Assembly: GCA_001687465.1 (NCBI GenBank)
Contig: LVLI01000336.1
Span: forward strand, 62,001 to 126,000
Direction: 5' to 3'
Origin: Halocafeteria seosinensis
Taxonomy: Eukaryota
DNA: 64,000 bases
Positions within the stretch are counted from its first letter, which is position 1, and the number at the start of each line of letters is the position of its first letter. Below, one piece after another: positions 37,201-51,600 of the stretch. A program made the position numbers and the translations under genes. The notes below the pieces were generated by a model, which worked only from the letters and a program-made list of their open reading frames with translations, did not search any database and had not been told where the DNA came from.

Positions 37201-39863
37201 TCGACTACATCCATATCGTCGGTATTGCCCCGGGCCGTGGAAATTTCGCATCTCTTGCGGAAGATATCAACGACTCAATGTGCCTCAAAGATCTTAGTGA
37301 GGATACCCAACGGTCGCTAATTGAACGGGGCAATCAGGTGTCCAAGCTACAAACGGTGGTAACGGTTTTGACGAGTCTCGGGATCCTGCAGAAGTCTCAC
37401 GAGCAGATAGATCTTGGGGCTCACCATAAATTTGCGGAAGTAATTTACAAAATCCACTCAACTCTATGGTTTCCATCAAAACAATCAGGGTCGAAATATA
37501 CACTGCGCAGGCTCGGGAAAAATCCACATAATGTGGAGGACGTCGTGTTGGATATCTCAAACGAAGCGGGGGTTATTCAATTCTGGCGTGACGTTTACAT
37601 TATCGCAAACTCAATTAGAACAAACTCGAAAATCTCGAAAGCGTTCTCAAACGACGATGGCAGTGGCGACCAAGACTCGTTTCAGTGCATGTATCTCCAC
37701 GGTGAAGATAAGAACAGACAGAATCCAATTTTAGGCTTTCCATCTCAGCAGCGTTTCAAAAAGCACCAAGAAGATGATGTTTTGAAGCTCTATTTTATGA
37801 ATGTCCAACGGTTTATTGATGTTGTCGTAAGGAAACTCTTCGTTCGAATGAAAGATTTTATGGCCAAATCCGCATGGATATCTCCATGCTCTGCCACGCG
37901 TGAAGGAAATGAGAAAAGACAGAGTCAGTTGCACGAAGGACAGACCTACAGAAAGCTGAAAGAGCTGGCCGAAATATTTGATAAGTACGTAGTAGACAAA
38001 TTAGTCGTAGATACAAGCGTACCGGAACTCACTAGTGCATTTGGTAATACCCAAGTTGAGGAAGATGCGCCCAGCAAGGAGGCGGTCAAGTCTGAACTAA
38101 AAAAGAGCAAAGAGGATTTTTCAATCTCTGGCTCAATTGTCCAGGGTCGGGGTAGCCGCTACAAAATCAAAGGAGAAGCGATGCCGTCGAATGTACCTGT
38201 AGCCGGATCGAATTTTATTGAACGAACAGCTGTCGATTGGAGCGCTAAAGAGGACTCTCTTCTGCTCCGCACCATCATGGGAACAGTGAACAAATGGAGG
38301 AACAACCCGTCTCCTGGCATTCCCACAGAAATTGACTTTGAGGTAGTAGAAGAAGCGGTTCTCACGTTATTTGGTGTCCAAACAGAATCAGTCTCAACGA
38401 TTCGACAACTGCTAAAGTTCCTTGATCCATATTGGACGTACATTGCACACAATCTGTGGGAACTCGAATCTACGTGTCGTCATCGATTTGTTTACCTAAT
38501 GGCTTCGTCTGACGAACTGCTGGCTGAAATGGTGGAACACCTGGAACACTCAGGTTTTACGTCGGCCGCCATCCCGACAAGTGAAACCGTGCAGAACCAT
38601 AGCGGTCATTCCAGATTATGCCCTTTACAGAATCACCACCTCGTGCAATGTTTGAGATGGATGTTTCACAACGAGAAAAGCGTTCTTTCGCTAAACAGCA
38701 AACCCGCCGGAGAAATCCCTCCAGAGCTGTACTCGCCCATGGACAAGCTCCTATGGTGTCAAACAATCAAGGATACGAAACCAAACAAAGCGATGTCCAT
38801 TCGGGGGAAGAGAGGGGAAGTGACCATTGGGAAACGATTCCAAAGCATGTTCCGAGATAGCTTGCTTTGGCTACACAAGCAAATCAAGGGAGATGTACAT
38901 TTGACAGACGGTACACAACTCCCAAGGACGTTTAAGCTCAGTGCGGCAAGCGAAGATACAGTACAGGACTCTCTGCCAGCAATTGTAGAACGATTTGCTC
39001 AAGACACAAACTGCTGCAGGCCTCTTCCCTCGAATCAGCCCCACACAGCGTCCCAAGCGGACGACGGTTCAGACCGAGCACTGACGCTGACTCAGCTGCT
39101 GGACCAGATTCAACAGGAATCATCCTTTGATGTGCATTTGGAGTTTGAAGAAAAACCTGGCTCGTCCTCAGAAGTTCCGCAGGAAGAACACCGTCGATAC
39201 TCTGAAGACAACGAGACTGCTCCTGGTACGGTGAAGGGGCGATGCCCTCACGGAGTTATGGATCTCGAGGACTCCATGAAGCTGGCCAGCCGTGATGTTG
39301 GGACGGATACACTTTTGAACTGGAACCGTAATGGTACAGGTTTCTTAGTGGCCGGAGCTACCAGCGTTGGTATACAAAGGGAGAGTGAATCCAGCTCTTC
39401 TGTTTCGGAACGCGAACTGGTAGACACTCTGCTGCATCCATCCGCACGTCGACTCAGTGGTTCAGAGCTTTGCAGCTTCCCTTCAACGCACATAGCAAAC
39501 TCCCTCTCCTTGGTACTCCTGTCGTGGATCTGGAGATACCCTGGCATTTCTGTGGAGAAGCTAGTGGAAGGTGTGGGCCTACTGTCTCGATTCGATGTAC
39601 ATATGCTCTTGTATGACCTTTTTCAGTGGAACCTCATACGAGCTACTCCGGTTTCGGTTGTCAATTCAGTGGCGGCCAGTCTCCGAAGAATTGAGCCCCT
39701 TCCCTCCTTGTTGCTGTATGAGCACTGTGCTCTGTTTCCATCCGCGCATGTCAAGGAAGCCCTGGATGCAAGTCCCTTTGTTACAAGCTATAAGCAAATT
39801 GCCGAAGAGTTATCCGATGATAAACACCCTCCAAACCAGAGCGCTCAGTCTTCCGCGGCGTAA
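34294..39863 (+). CDS. GTF3C1: TFIIIC largest (B-block-binding) subunit-like (multi-exon)
   Basis: Winged-helix segments GVSAKALMEKMGIDSKAVFYHMLPLLERGLVNK and AGPDGIRSSELQRQL; WSAKEDSLL; C-terminal WIWRYPGISVEKL..LSRFDVHMLLYDL. Confidence 0.75.
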
Positions 39864-40803
39864 TGGCACGCCATTGAGTTGAGTTGGTGTGTCGGGCGAT
39901 GTTTCATGCTTCGAAGATTCCATACATAAGGGGGGCGGGGTGGGTACTTTAGTGGCTGCTGCTGCAGCCAAATCAAACAAGCACAATTGCAAACACATGG
40001 TTGCCCAGCACCACCCGCTCACTTCAGTTTTTCAAGCTACAACATAAGTTCCTACATATCCTCGTTTCCGCACGTGCCACAACTGCTGTCCTGAGTCTTG
40101 CCACGGCGGGTTGAAGTAGTAGGTGCACTGCCACAGCGCCACGACAACTTCAACAATCTCTGTCACTCATTTCTTCGGGAAGATGGAGGAGACGTCTACT
40201 CACCATTATGTTTTTCCCCTGGTTCTGAACCGTAAGTGCGTTTAAAAGGTGCGTGTATGGGCATTCTGTCCCGTGGGAACTAAAGAACAGACCAGCTGGG
40301 GCAGACAGTGGGACCCTACAATCATTTCTGCCACCTTCCACTGGAAGAAAAGAACAATCTAGAAGCATCTAACCTCCGATTTGATAGTGTAGCAAGCCCG
40401 TAGAACACACTTTGTATCATTCTTGTTATACTAGACCTGCTTTCACGTAGATTTGTTTCTCGCTGGATCTCTTGTTTTACATTTTCTAGAGACCGAAAGA
40501 GCCGGCCACGGCTCCTCGGGAAAGGTTGAAGTGGGATATCTCATTGCTGTTTGAAGGGAGCATAGACGGCATTCCCGCGTCTAATTGGTGCTTAATCTCG
40601 AAGTATCAAGTGTCTAATATTCGGTAGGGCAAAAGTAACAGGAAAGACGCATGAATTACAGGAGGAGGAAGGCAAGATACGAGTAGCGTGGGAGAGGGTG
40701 CGTTGACGCTCCCGGGCTTTATCTTGCTTGATTTCATCACCTTTACGGGTGTATTTCGTGGAACTAGTACTAGACACTCCAGTATTCACTTAGGGCTACT
40801 ACA

Positions 40804-43800
40804 ATGAGGATTCGAGTCAAATGGATCGATCGCCGAAATTCGATCGATGTCAACACCCATGCGTTCACGACGGTGGTGAACCTGAAACAAATTATCGCGC
40901 GAGAGACTGGAATGAATCTTCAGCAGTTTGTACGTCCTCTGTCACTTTTTTGGTTGCAATCCTATGTCATCGACTGACTGTTTACCCTTGCAGAGACTGT
41001 TTTTTCGAGGATGTGAGCTGGAAAGCAACCATAGATTGACGGATTTCGACATTGCGGATGGTAACTCCGTGTACCTGGCCGTCAAGGGTCCAATTAATGG
41101 CACTCCCGATATGGGCCTGGAGAGGTATGGAGCAGCGACGTGGACTCCCAAATTAGAAAGCCTTATGACGGATGTAAGTCGGATATATCTTATATTACGT
41201 CCGTTATTGATTTGATTGTGTAGCGGTGTCGAAGCAGGCTCGGAATGCTTTGTTCGCTGGAAAGAAGCCCCGGCTCTCCGAAGATGGAGAGGGAGGAACC
41301 TATTTCTTGAAGGGAGTTGATGATGAGTAAGTCAAAAACAGAGCCTTATTCGTTTTGAAATCCATTGAATTTTATTCGTGGTGGCTGCAGGTATATCTGT
41401 TGCTTCAAGCCTCAAGATGAAGAGGCGTTCGCTCCCAACAACCCCAAGTCATTCGTCGGAAAGCTAGGGCACTGCAGTCTTCGAAAGGGTATTCTTAGCG
41501 GCGAAGCATTTGAAAGAGAAATTGCTGCGTTCATGTTGGATCACAAGGGAATGGCAGGTGTCCCACACACTGGGCTGGTTGAAGCGTGGCATCCAGTATT
41601 CAATAACAATCGTGGAAAAATCACTGCGAATATCCAAGGGGCAATAACGGACGAACGTAGCAGTCCAGATGTCTCTTCGTCCCCAGACAAGCCTACTGTA
41701 GAAAGGAAAATTGGTTCACTGCAGGAATTTGTCAAGTATGACAGTATGGTGGGTGACTGGGCACCGAATAAATTCCCAGTAAAAGAAGTGCAGAAAATCG
41801 CTATTTTGGATATGCGCCTGTTAAATACTGATAGAAATGACGCTAACGTTCTACTAAAGTGGGTGCCGGGTGAAAATGGCGAACAGGTCCCCTTCCTCAT
41901 CCCAATCGACCACGGTTACTGTATGCCGGATAACTTGGAGGTTGCATGGTGTGATTGGGTGTGGTTTGGATGGCCTCAAATTCGCGAACCAATCGATCCC
42001 GAGCTTAAGGAATACGTTCGAAATCTTGATATTGAAAGAGATATCCGATATCTTCGTTCCCAACTAAGTATTCGGGAAGAGTGCTTGCAGAATATTAGGG
42101 TGACTGGGACTGTGTTGAAAACGGGAATAGAGGCTGGCCTGAATCTGTACGATATTGCATGTATTCTTTGCCGGCAAGAGCTAGACACTCCATCTCCGGT
42201 GGAATGTCTCGTAGATCGAGTGAACCGTATCTCTAAAGAATTTGAGTATGAACATCCCGATCAACTGCCAGAGTTTTTGGAGATCTCTTCGTTTTCCCCG
42301 AAAGAAGTGGAGGAGTCAAGCTCTACAGGAACCCCAGCTGAAAGTATGTCCAACCGAGAGAATTCCGCACCGGGGGAAAAGAAGGCTGTGGACTTCGATC
42401 CCGAAGAGTCGGAACATTCCGCAGAGGGACAGGGGAAGGATTTGGGGCAGGATGAAAAGGGTGAGGCAGCGGAGACTCAACAGGACACAGGGGGCTTGTA
42501 TAACTCCAAGGATGCAAAGGACACTCACGACAGCGAAGACAAGAACAGCGAGGGATATGAGGAGGAACAGGACGACCTCTTCTTACCCCCGACACCCTCC
42601 CGTAAGCCAATAGAAGCCAGCCTGAGGATCGAGCTCCCTAGCCTTGATGACATTCTGCATTCGCCTCTTCCTCCTTCTCCTGTTTATTCGGAACACACTG
42701 ACAAGGGACACGCTTCAGAAGAGGAGCTGCTGGATAACCAGAGTCGCAGGAGAGGGCGTACGCTGTCGCGAGAATCAAACTCCTCTTCCGGCGCTACAAC
42801 CCCAGAGCGAGCGCAAAGCAAACTCCCAGACTCATCGCCCCTGAAACTGAACCGTTCAACTCTGGTGGCATTGGCAGCTGCCTCAGCCAAGGCGGCGGCT
42901 AGAGCCGCCGCTGCCATCCCGGGAAGGCAAAGCGCCCGAATTGATGTGCGGAAATTTGTAAAAGTTCCTAGACTTGTTGACGCCTCGGATAAGCTCCGCA
43001 CAAAGACAGGGTTGGTTCTGTGTATTGGTACTGCTATGAGCACGGATGCGCACCTTTTGCGCCCAATAGAGCAGCATGACCATCAAACTACTTCAACGAA
43101 CGATAAGGTGATTCAAGGAGATCCGAAACTGTCCAGATACGATAGCGTTGCCAGTCGAGAAGGCGAAAAGAGTCCTCGCTCGGGCAAGAGTGATAGCTCT
43201 TCTTTGTCGCGACCTGCTGGCGCAGTGACCGCCGTTTCCGTATCGTGCATTTGGGGTGGTCGGCTAACTACAGTGGTAGTCACCCCCCAAGGTCGGGACG
43301 TCGTATTTCTAACAGAATCTGAAACTGATAATGCCCTCGGTCAGGCTGTTGCAGCTGCGCTGTCAGCGGCAGCCACCGCGCGACTGTCGCTTTTGGAGTC
43401 TACAGCGTTAGGACTGCGTAAGGCGGCAACTATGCCTTCTGATGGGAGTGATGCTGGCTCAACGAAACTGAGCTCGATGTACACTGAAGAGGTAAACGAT
43501 TCTCAGAGTGTGTCAGCGTCATCTCAAGAGAACTGCTGGTATACCGAGCGGCCGCTAATGCGCTGCTTGTTGGCTTCTATCAAGGAGTTTACGGGCCAAT
43601 CGTATATTCGGCCTGAGTCTCACTTCTATTCGTATCTAAGTGGTATTAATGAGAACTGGAATGGCATCAATAGCGATGATGATGTTGGTAGCGTCCGTCA
43701 GGAGGTGGAGCTTGGGGGTATCAATGGTGACACTTTTTTGGAGAATGGAGAAGCTTGGGATGTGTCAGCTGGCTCGCCAACGCTGTCGAGGAGAAATGTT

Positions 43801-45879
43801 CCGCTAGCTTCCGCTCAAAGTGCGCCGTTGGATCCAGTGAAAGCCGATATGCATGCAATTCCAAGTCTGGATCTGGAGCCCTCTGGATTTACTACCACTG
43901 ACCAGAAGAACGCTGGAGGGAAAGGAACGATGTATGCTTCAGATGCCCCTAGTGACGGAACTATGAAGCCTCACACGATGCGAAGACAGGTACATCGTAG
44001 TCAGTTCCGTAAGGGAGCACGGCAGCGTAGCTATAGTTTCCACGGAGACTCCCCCGTTCACGAAGAGGATGCAGCAGATAACGATGCGAACAAAAGGTCG
44101 TCGCAAGAGCGGCGACAGAATCATCATAAGAATCAAAAACGTCGGTCAAAGCAGAAGCGTTTGGGCCAGAGAGTCGAGGCAGCTTCCAAGTGGTTGGGCA
44201 GCGAGACGGTCAGATTGGAGAAAACATCCTCTTATACGAACTTTGATGATACCCAGCTTCCAGAATCTGACGTTTTGGTAAATTCCCATTCGACATATAT
44301 CCAGGAAAATTCCAGCACGCCGGGAGCGGGAAACAGGCCTGCGCGTAGACAGACAAAGAGCTCCAATGCTCCTCGAAAAAGGCTCTTTCGCAACAATGCG
44401 TTCGCACCGGACGCTCTGAACGAGAATCATGCGGAAGGCAAAGACAGTAACGATCTTAGCAGGGGCTCTACCGGGAAAGCGAAACGATTCGGCCAAGCAG
44501 ATAGAACAGACTCTGTTGTACGTGAATCTGGAAGTAGATTCGTTGGGTATGATGGAGTCAACAGGGCTGTGCTAGCCCGACAGCGATCATATGAAAATGA
44601 CGACTCAAACCCGTGCACATCCTCCAAGGGTGGGGGTAACCCTGACAGATTGGCTAGCACTGGGCATGGAAACAAATCCTCGGGTGAGTCGAAGTTTTCT
44701 ATCGCCATGGTGCCTATATCTGGCGGAGGTCTGTCTATCGGAAAGGATGAAGAATCGAAGGTGAAGCAGGAGAGTGATGATCCGGTTGAAAACTTTGATC
44801 TATCTCCGCTCAACGTAGTAGTTACAGTTTTGGGCCCTTCTCCAGCCCGCCCAGACCCCAGTATGACCGATGAGTCCTTGGTACTGGCCGCACAAAGAAT
44901 GGGCCAACGTGCTGGGCAAGAAGCCCTACAAGAAGCGGGGTATCCGGAAGAGGTTCAGCACGAGAAAGAGGGTTCCGCTTATCATATGAATGGAGGCTGG
45001 CATGCGAGCGTTTCCGTATCCGGAAACGCGGCTAAAACTGGTTCCATAGCTTTACAAAACGTCGATGGTACACCGCCTCGTAGTGAAGAAGATAACAATA
45101 GGAGTGACAACGAAGTCCCGAGGAACAGTTCCAACGAGAGCTCGACTTCTGAGTCAAATCAGGAGGTCGAAGGAATACTGAAGAAATCGAAACAACCCTG
45201 GAAGCCTCGTTGGAAACGAGAAGGTTTTAGGAATCCCAGTCCGGAAGCCCGTCCTCCTCCAGAAACTGACGACAGTGTGTTAGACAATAGTCCGCCGAAG
45301 AGTGTAGAAGCATCTCCGGGGAGCAGTTCTGGGAATGATGGGATCGGATTTGATCGAGCTAGCCCGGGGGAACTTAATCCGGAGAGTTTGCCACCCACTG
45401 CCATCGATAGAACATTCAACGCGCCGCGAACTAGGAACGCCATGAAGCGTAGCATCATTACCTACGTTGGTGGACACGGTACATCGGACGATACAGAAAG
45501 TTCAGTGGGCAAAGGCTCAAAGCAGAGGAGTGGCGAAGATGTTGTTACAAAATTCAGAGGGATGTCTGTGAAAAAAAACATAAGCAGAACAGCGTCGTAC
45601 TCTTCAGGATTGGCAAAAAAAGACCGTAAGACTAAGCTTTCTGATCAGGATAGTTCTTCCCGGCGTTTCGCGTTTGGCAAACAAAGTAAGTTTTTCGGTC
45701 AAGAACGCGATGTGGTTAGTCCTGATTCCGAAGGCGCTGAGAACGCTCAAGAAACCAAATCAACGAAGGTGAACGTCGGGGCAATTTGGAGCCCCTTTTT
45801 CAAGAGCTGCTTCGAAAAACAATTGCGTATTTTCTTGGAGAATAAGTCCAAGAACTTACTAGGAGGGACGATGGTATAA
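40804..45879 (+). CDS. Type II PI4-kinase (plant PI4K-gamma-like) with N-terminal ubiquitin-like domain and very long low-complexity region
   Basis: Ubl: VVNLKQIIA..QRLFFRGCELE..LTDFDI.DG..VYL. Kinase: GEGGTYF, FKPQDEE, REIAAFMLDH, KIGSLQEFV, LDMRLLNTDRNDANVL, PIDHGYCMP. Confidence 0.92.
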
Positions 45880-46330
45880 TGCCGACTTCCGTGCAAAAGG
45901 TATGTTGGTAGATAATCCAACAGCAGGTCAATTAGTTAGTCGGCACACACCCTCTACTTGAACCACCCATCTCTCGGTACACATTTGCAAAGAGAGCAAC
46001 GTATAAACAAACAGGGGGATAGCGGCGTGTAAATTTCATACAAGGAGGAAACAAATAGCGTCGTTTCGTCATAGCTCAGAGCCAAAGAAACTAAATGTGT
46101 ACACCACAATACCCCATGAATGCAAGAAAGCAGAAAAAGCCGCATCCGTATTCAAGCTACTTCATCTCGCTTTTTTGCGGAGATCCCATGAATTGTTCTT
46201 CATACATACACATGCTTCCCGGGATTGTTATTTTTTTCTCTTTGCGCTTTTGTCCCAAGTTGAATCGAACTCAATACAGCTTACCTTCTGTTTGTGTGTG
46301 TTAGCCCTGGTCAACGCCACGATACGAACG

Positions 46331-48498
46331 ATGCCGATCCCAACGCTGAAACCTGTCCAAGTGGATAGCTTCGGGCCTGCCGACTGTCATTACGATTCCG
46401 TGATTCTGCTGACGTCGGGAGTGGCGAATCCTCAGGTGGAGAAGTACGCACTACCGCATAGTTTCCAAAAACAAAAAAATGTGCTGCATTACAAAAGTTT
46501 GTGCATGGATTCCAGGTTGAACAAGTTTTGCGAACAAGGATCCAAGTTGGACAAATCTTTCGGATCCCCCAGCAATCTTCACGTGTGTTCCGAGGTGGCC
46601 GGCGGACGTCTCGTAGGTACGTGCATGGTATGACAGTGAGTTTGGGCCTGAGTGGGACCATCTGTATGGTGGATATGCATGCAGTGGCCAACGTGGGACC
46701 GCTGAACCGGGATTACGATGACCCTCGATGTATTAGCGATGCCGGTACGTGTCCACACTTGGCGTATGGTACGGACGAAGGGGGTATAAAAGCACTGATG
46801 ACCATCCTGCAGCTCGTGATGCAATCCGTCGCCTGAAATCCGCGGGGTGTCTTCGGCCCTGTTTGGTGCTGAGTCCCACGCTCAGGAAAGGACCCGTGTA
46901 CGAGAAGGCCACGGAAGTAGCACTTTTGGGAGCTCTTTTCGGGTGCTATTCACCCCTGATGAATCGCGAATTTTCCGGAGAGGATGTGGCTGAACCCATC
47001 ACTGAATTAGGCTTTGTGCCTCTGGAAGGAGCTGGGGACCCGGAGACAATCATCCAGGAAGTTGTGGCCATGGAGAAGGGACGAAGAGCTGCCCGAGATC
47101 TATGTGGTATGCTTTTCAGGGTTGCATTTCTTCTACCCGGTTCATTGCAAACTTTACCATGAATTTCTTGGTGTATCCCAGGCGGCGACCCGGAGCGTAC
47201 AGCTCCTCCGCGATGTGCTGAGTACGTATCTGAACTCTTCAAGCACACCAATGTCAAGGTCCAGATTGTGGATGTAAGATTGTGTAATTGTGGATATGAC
47301 TCGACATCTAAAGTGGGTAAAGAAGAAGTCTTTCGTGTTCTACAGGACATGAAGAAACTAAAGAAAGAGTACCCTCTGTCTCATGCGGTTGGACGCTCCT
47401 CCTTGCATGTTAAAGAACACCATCCGCGTATCATTCGTCTTGAGTACGAGGGAAGCGGTCCCATCACCCAGCAAGTGTTCATTTCTGGCAAGGGGATCAC
47501 CTACGATACAGGTGGTGCTGACATTAAAGCCGGCGGTATCATGGTATGGCCTTTATCAATTTTCGACTGTAGTGAACCATTCACTGTCTCCTGCTTGTAC
47601 TCCATGCAGGCTGGAATGAGTAGGGATATGGGTGGTGCCTCAGCGTACGTAAAGTAGATACTGAGGCCAAGTGAAACTGTTGCGTGTCCATTCATTGCAT
47701 GCTTTTCTGCTTGCAGAGCTGCTGGTTTCATGAAAAGCGTTGCTGAACTTAAACCCAGCCATCTCCGCGTTGTCATGTATTTGAGCATGGTTCGCAATAG
47801 TGTCGGGTCCGGTGCCTATGTGGCTGATGAAATCATCACTGCCCCATCGGGTCGTCGCGTACTAGTCGTCAATACTGACGCAGAAGGGCGAATGGTCATG
47901 GGTGATGCTTTGCACTATCTCCGTAAGGAAATTGTGGAATCTTTTGGGAATCCCAAGTACGCCGAAGCGGATACCATGCTACACACTGTAGCCACTTTAA
48001 CAGGCCATGCCGCATTGGCTGTAGGCCACTATCCAATTGTCATGGATAACGGACCCGCAAGGCTCAAGAGCAGTGCGCAAAAAATGCAAGCAGCTGGTGA
48101 TGTCTACGGAGAGCCGTTTGAGATCTCTACCTTGCGCAAGGATGACATGCGGTTCATCACTCCAAAGGTGAGTTCAGCCCGCATTCTTCCCCGTTGCTGT
48201 CTGAACTCTCACATCTTTCTCATGTTGGTATTTGCAGAACCGCGACGATCATGATGTTGTGCAGTGTAACAGTGCCCCGTCCAGCCGCACTCCCCGTGGG
48301 CATCAATTCCCCATGGCATTCCTCATGAAGACTAGTAGGCTCGATGAACACGGGATCGACAACGAAACGACCCCAATTGCTTACTCGCATTTGGATATCG
48401 CCGGTGCAGCCGCCACTGGGTCCAAGGGTGAAGGTGATGAAACTGGCATTCCTGTCATTTCACTTGTCGCGCGATACGTCCTGCAGCGGCATGCGTAA
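46331..48498 (+). CDS. M17 leucyl aminopeptidase family protein (multi-exon)
   Basis: GKGITYDTGGADIKAGG.MAGMSRD, RNSVG..YVADEII, NTDAEGRMVMGD, ATLTGH, RGHQFP, YSHLDIAG. Confidence 0.93.
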
Positions 48499-48621
48499 CT
48501 GGACTCAATTGATCTTATCTAGAAATGTGATTATGGCTTCAGAAGCTCTACCGTTGACATGGTTGCCTAATGAACAGCAAAATTTTGACTCTTTTACTCC
48601 ACATTCCCCCTACTAACAGTG

Positions 48622-51600
48622 TTACTCTCCTCGAAGTACGGCCATTAAGTACCATAGCAGTGAGAAGACCGCGACTACGTTCATTGCCGGAACAATATAT
48701 CCAAACGAAGTAGTGTTCGCAGCAACGAGGAAATAAAGCGGTAACAAGATGACCACCCCAGCAAGCTCCTTTAGTGGAAGGTTCGTTTTTTCGTTCGACT
48801 CCTCGGGCTGCTCCCTGTTCGTTGCCTCAGAAAATACCAGTTTTGTCAGTATGCTATGGTTCCGCTCCTGCAACTTCAGGAGAATTTGATGCATCAGTCC
48901 GGGATTAGCTTGCTGTAAATGCCGGAATGTTTCATTGTGGTAAAGATCGCTAAAGTTATCAATCACCATGCAGATAGTTTTCTGCTTCAATATGCTTGCA
49001 CCAGTTCTGTCTGCCGTATCCAAAGTCCGACATACCATGTCTTTGGATGGTACAAGTACAGATTCGCATAGAGCTGCAGACGGACCATCAGGTTTCTTGT
49101 TGCTTGTCGAATAAGGAAGTTATCCTCGGGTGACAAAATCTACATACATTTAAGAGGATGGACCCCGTAACGGTCTGCTGCCTGAAAGAGTCTAAACAGG
49201 GTTTGCTCTCGTGTAGGCTCATCCATTTCGTCCAGTAACGACACCCGAAGTTCATTAGAGTAGATAAAGTGTAGTAGCATTTTTGCCACAACCGTGTCAT
49301 CGGGGAGACATATCTGCCCGTGGTCAATAGTCATAGTGCTAATAGACTCTTATGTTACCACTTAACGTGCTTACCTCGGTGATAATTTGGTTCTCGATTT
49401 CACCAGTAGTTTCGGCCGAAAGGAGACCCCGAAAGAACTCGGATCGAGATGCGACGACAATCTGATGCCCAGATAGTTGCGTTCCGTCATCCAGCCGGAA
49501 GACTAGGTCCGAGAAGGTTTCAGTATTCCTACCGCTCAGTACATCCTCCTCCATAGAGAATGAAAATACCTGCGAAGCATCATTGTTCAATTCTTCGGGG
49601 CTGAGGCTGGTGTCCAGCTGTTTCAAATAGCCATCGTAGTCATCCTTATTTTTCTTCTGTACCATCATGTAGAGAGGCGAATAGAGAATTAATCGGCAGA
49701 CTGCTGCTAGTTTTGAAATTCCATATGCAGAGGCAGCTTCGTATAACTGCTTCAAATGCGGAATCAACGCTCCGAGTGGCATCGACAAGTTGTCAGAATA
49801 TATAAACTCTAGCATACATAAAGCAACTTCCAAAGAAAGATCTGGCAGCACTATCTCCGCGTCCCTTGCCGCGTAGCCATCAAACTTCTGCTTCAGTTTT
49901 GCACTTCTCAATGAAAGAAGTGCCCGATGGACCTCCAAGCGATGTCCATCTACCACGACTATTGCGTCGGCGGGAAGTCGGGACGAGCTGCAGCGTAGAG
50001 TCTATATTAGGAGAGCGCAGACATGCGTGCATCACCGAAGCTTACCTAGTACCTGTCCCAAATTGGGTGTCCAGACGCGAATGGCTGCTTGCCAAAGATC
50101 CGCTTTCTCGGAGGGGGTTTTGATAGAACCCTGAAGGGGTCATACCATCAATCCGCTGGGCTAGAGTGGTTGGCAGGCAGTGCCTAATGTCCAAAGAAAC
50201 ACTACTACCAACGGAGAGGGCAAAGTTCCTAGATCCAGCTACGGCTAGACTCAATGCGCTTAAACGAAACGTATCGGGGACTGAGTTCGAGCTCTGGTTT
50301 TCGGACCAACCCATGCGTCGCGGTATGAAGTATGTGTGCCTCTTCTTCTGTTTTCCCGAATCAGGGATGTTGGCAATCGTCCCCCACATATAGATATCAC
50401 CCGCTACAGTGATTGCAACTGTATGGTAGTCCCCACCGTCAACTTGTAATATCCGCTCATGTCGGTGTCTTCGAAACGCTAGGATCTCTCGAGGACGTAA
50501 CCAAGGGCAAAGCCTCCAAAACGCTCTTCGTTTGCTTTCAGAAGAAAATTCGTAATCGGTCACTTTTGCTTCGAAGTTTCTCGTAGAAAATGTCTCTCCA
50601 TTGTTTACGATGTAGTCCCCGTGCCCAAGCATAGCGTCTCCTATTCCTCCCCAAGAATATAAGCTTCCATTTTCGCTGATTGCCAAGGAATGACTGGTGC
50701 CCGTTGCCACAGAGACAAACCGAATAGCGGAATCCTTTTCCTTATATACTAAGACAGGGACATCCCTGTCGATGGTGGTACCATCCCCTAGTTGACCCTC
50801 CACGTTTCTACCCCAGGAAAACAAAACGCCTTCGGTACTCAGTGCAAGCGCGTGTCCGCCTCCGCAGGAGACATTGACAAATCGGACGTCTGTTCCATCT
50901 TGAGTTGAAGGTGCTGATATTCCCATCGGTTCTCTTATAGCTCTAAACTCGGAGTTCCCGCGGCTTTCCATTACTTGGGGCCCTAGTCCCAGTCTCCCAT
51001 TGGCAACCTTTCCCCAAGAAAACAAATTGCCAGCATTCGTTACGACCACCGTAAATCCACCCCCGCAACTGACCTTTTTAATTCCTCCTTCTGCTGAGCT
51101 ATTAAGCTCTTCGTTGGTGACCAGCTGTGGGGAAGTGTTATCTTCGTCGCTCTCGGACACAATTTGCAAAGCTTTATGCCCAAATACGAAGACTCTTCCT
51201 CTTTCCGCACAACCATTGCTTTTGTTTAGTTTGGCTTCCAAATCTGGTTCAGATTGGTTATCCTTTGTCGACACAATCTTGTGATGGGACAGCAGTTCCC
51301 AGTCTGCTTCTTTTTCTCCTCCGAATATTCGTCTGCCTTCAGCCACAACCACGGTGTGACTTGTATTGTTATCGCTGCCACATGCTACACTTGTTACTAC
51401 CAACGGATTCTGAACGCCAAAGTATGATACTAAAGTTGGCGTCTTTTGGGAGTCTAGAGAACCATGGCCCAACGCCCCGTCGGATCCCATTCCCCAAGTG
51501 TACAGAAGTCCTACATCCGTGACGACGGCCTGAAGAAAGAGATACAGAATTGGAAAAGAACAGGGAAACAGGGGTTCGGTGTTTACGTACCGAATGGAGA

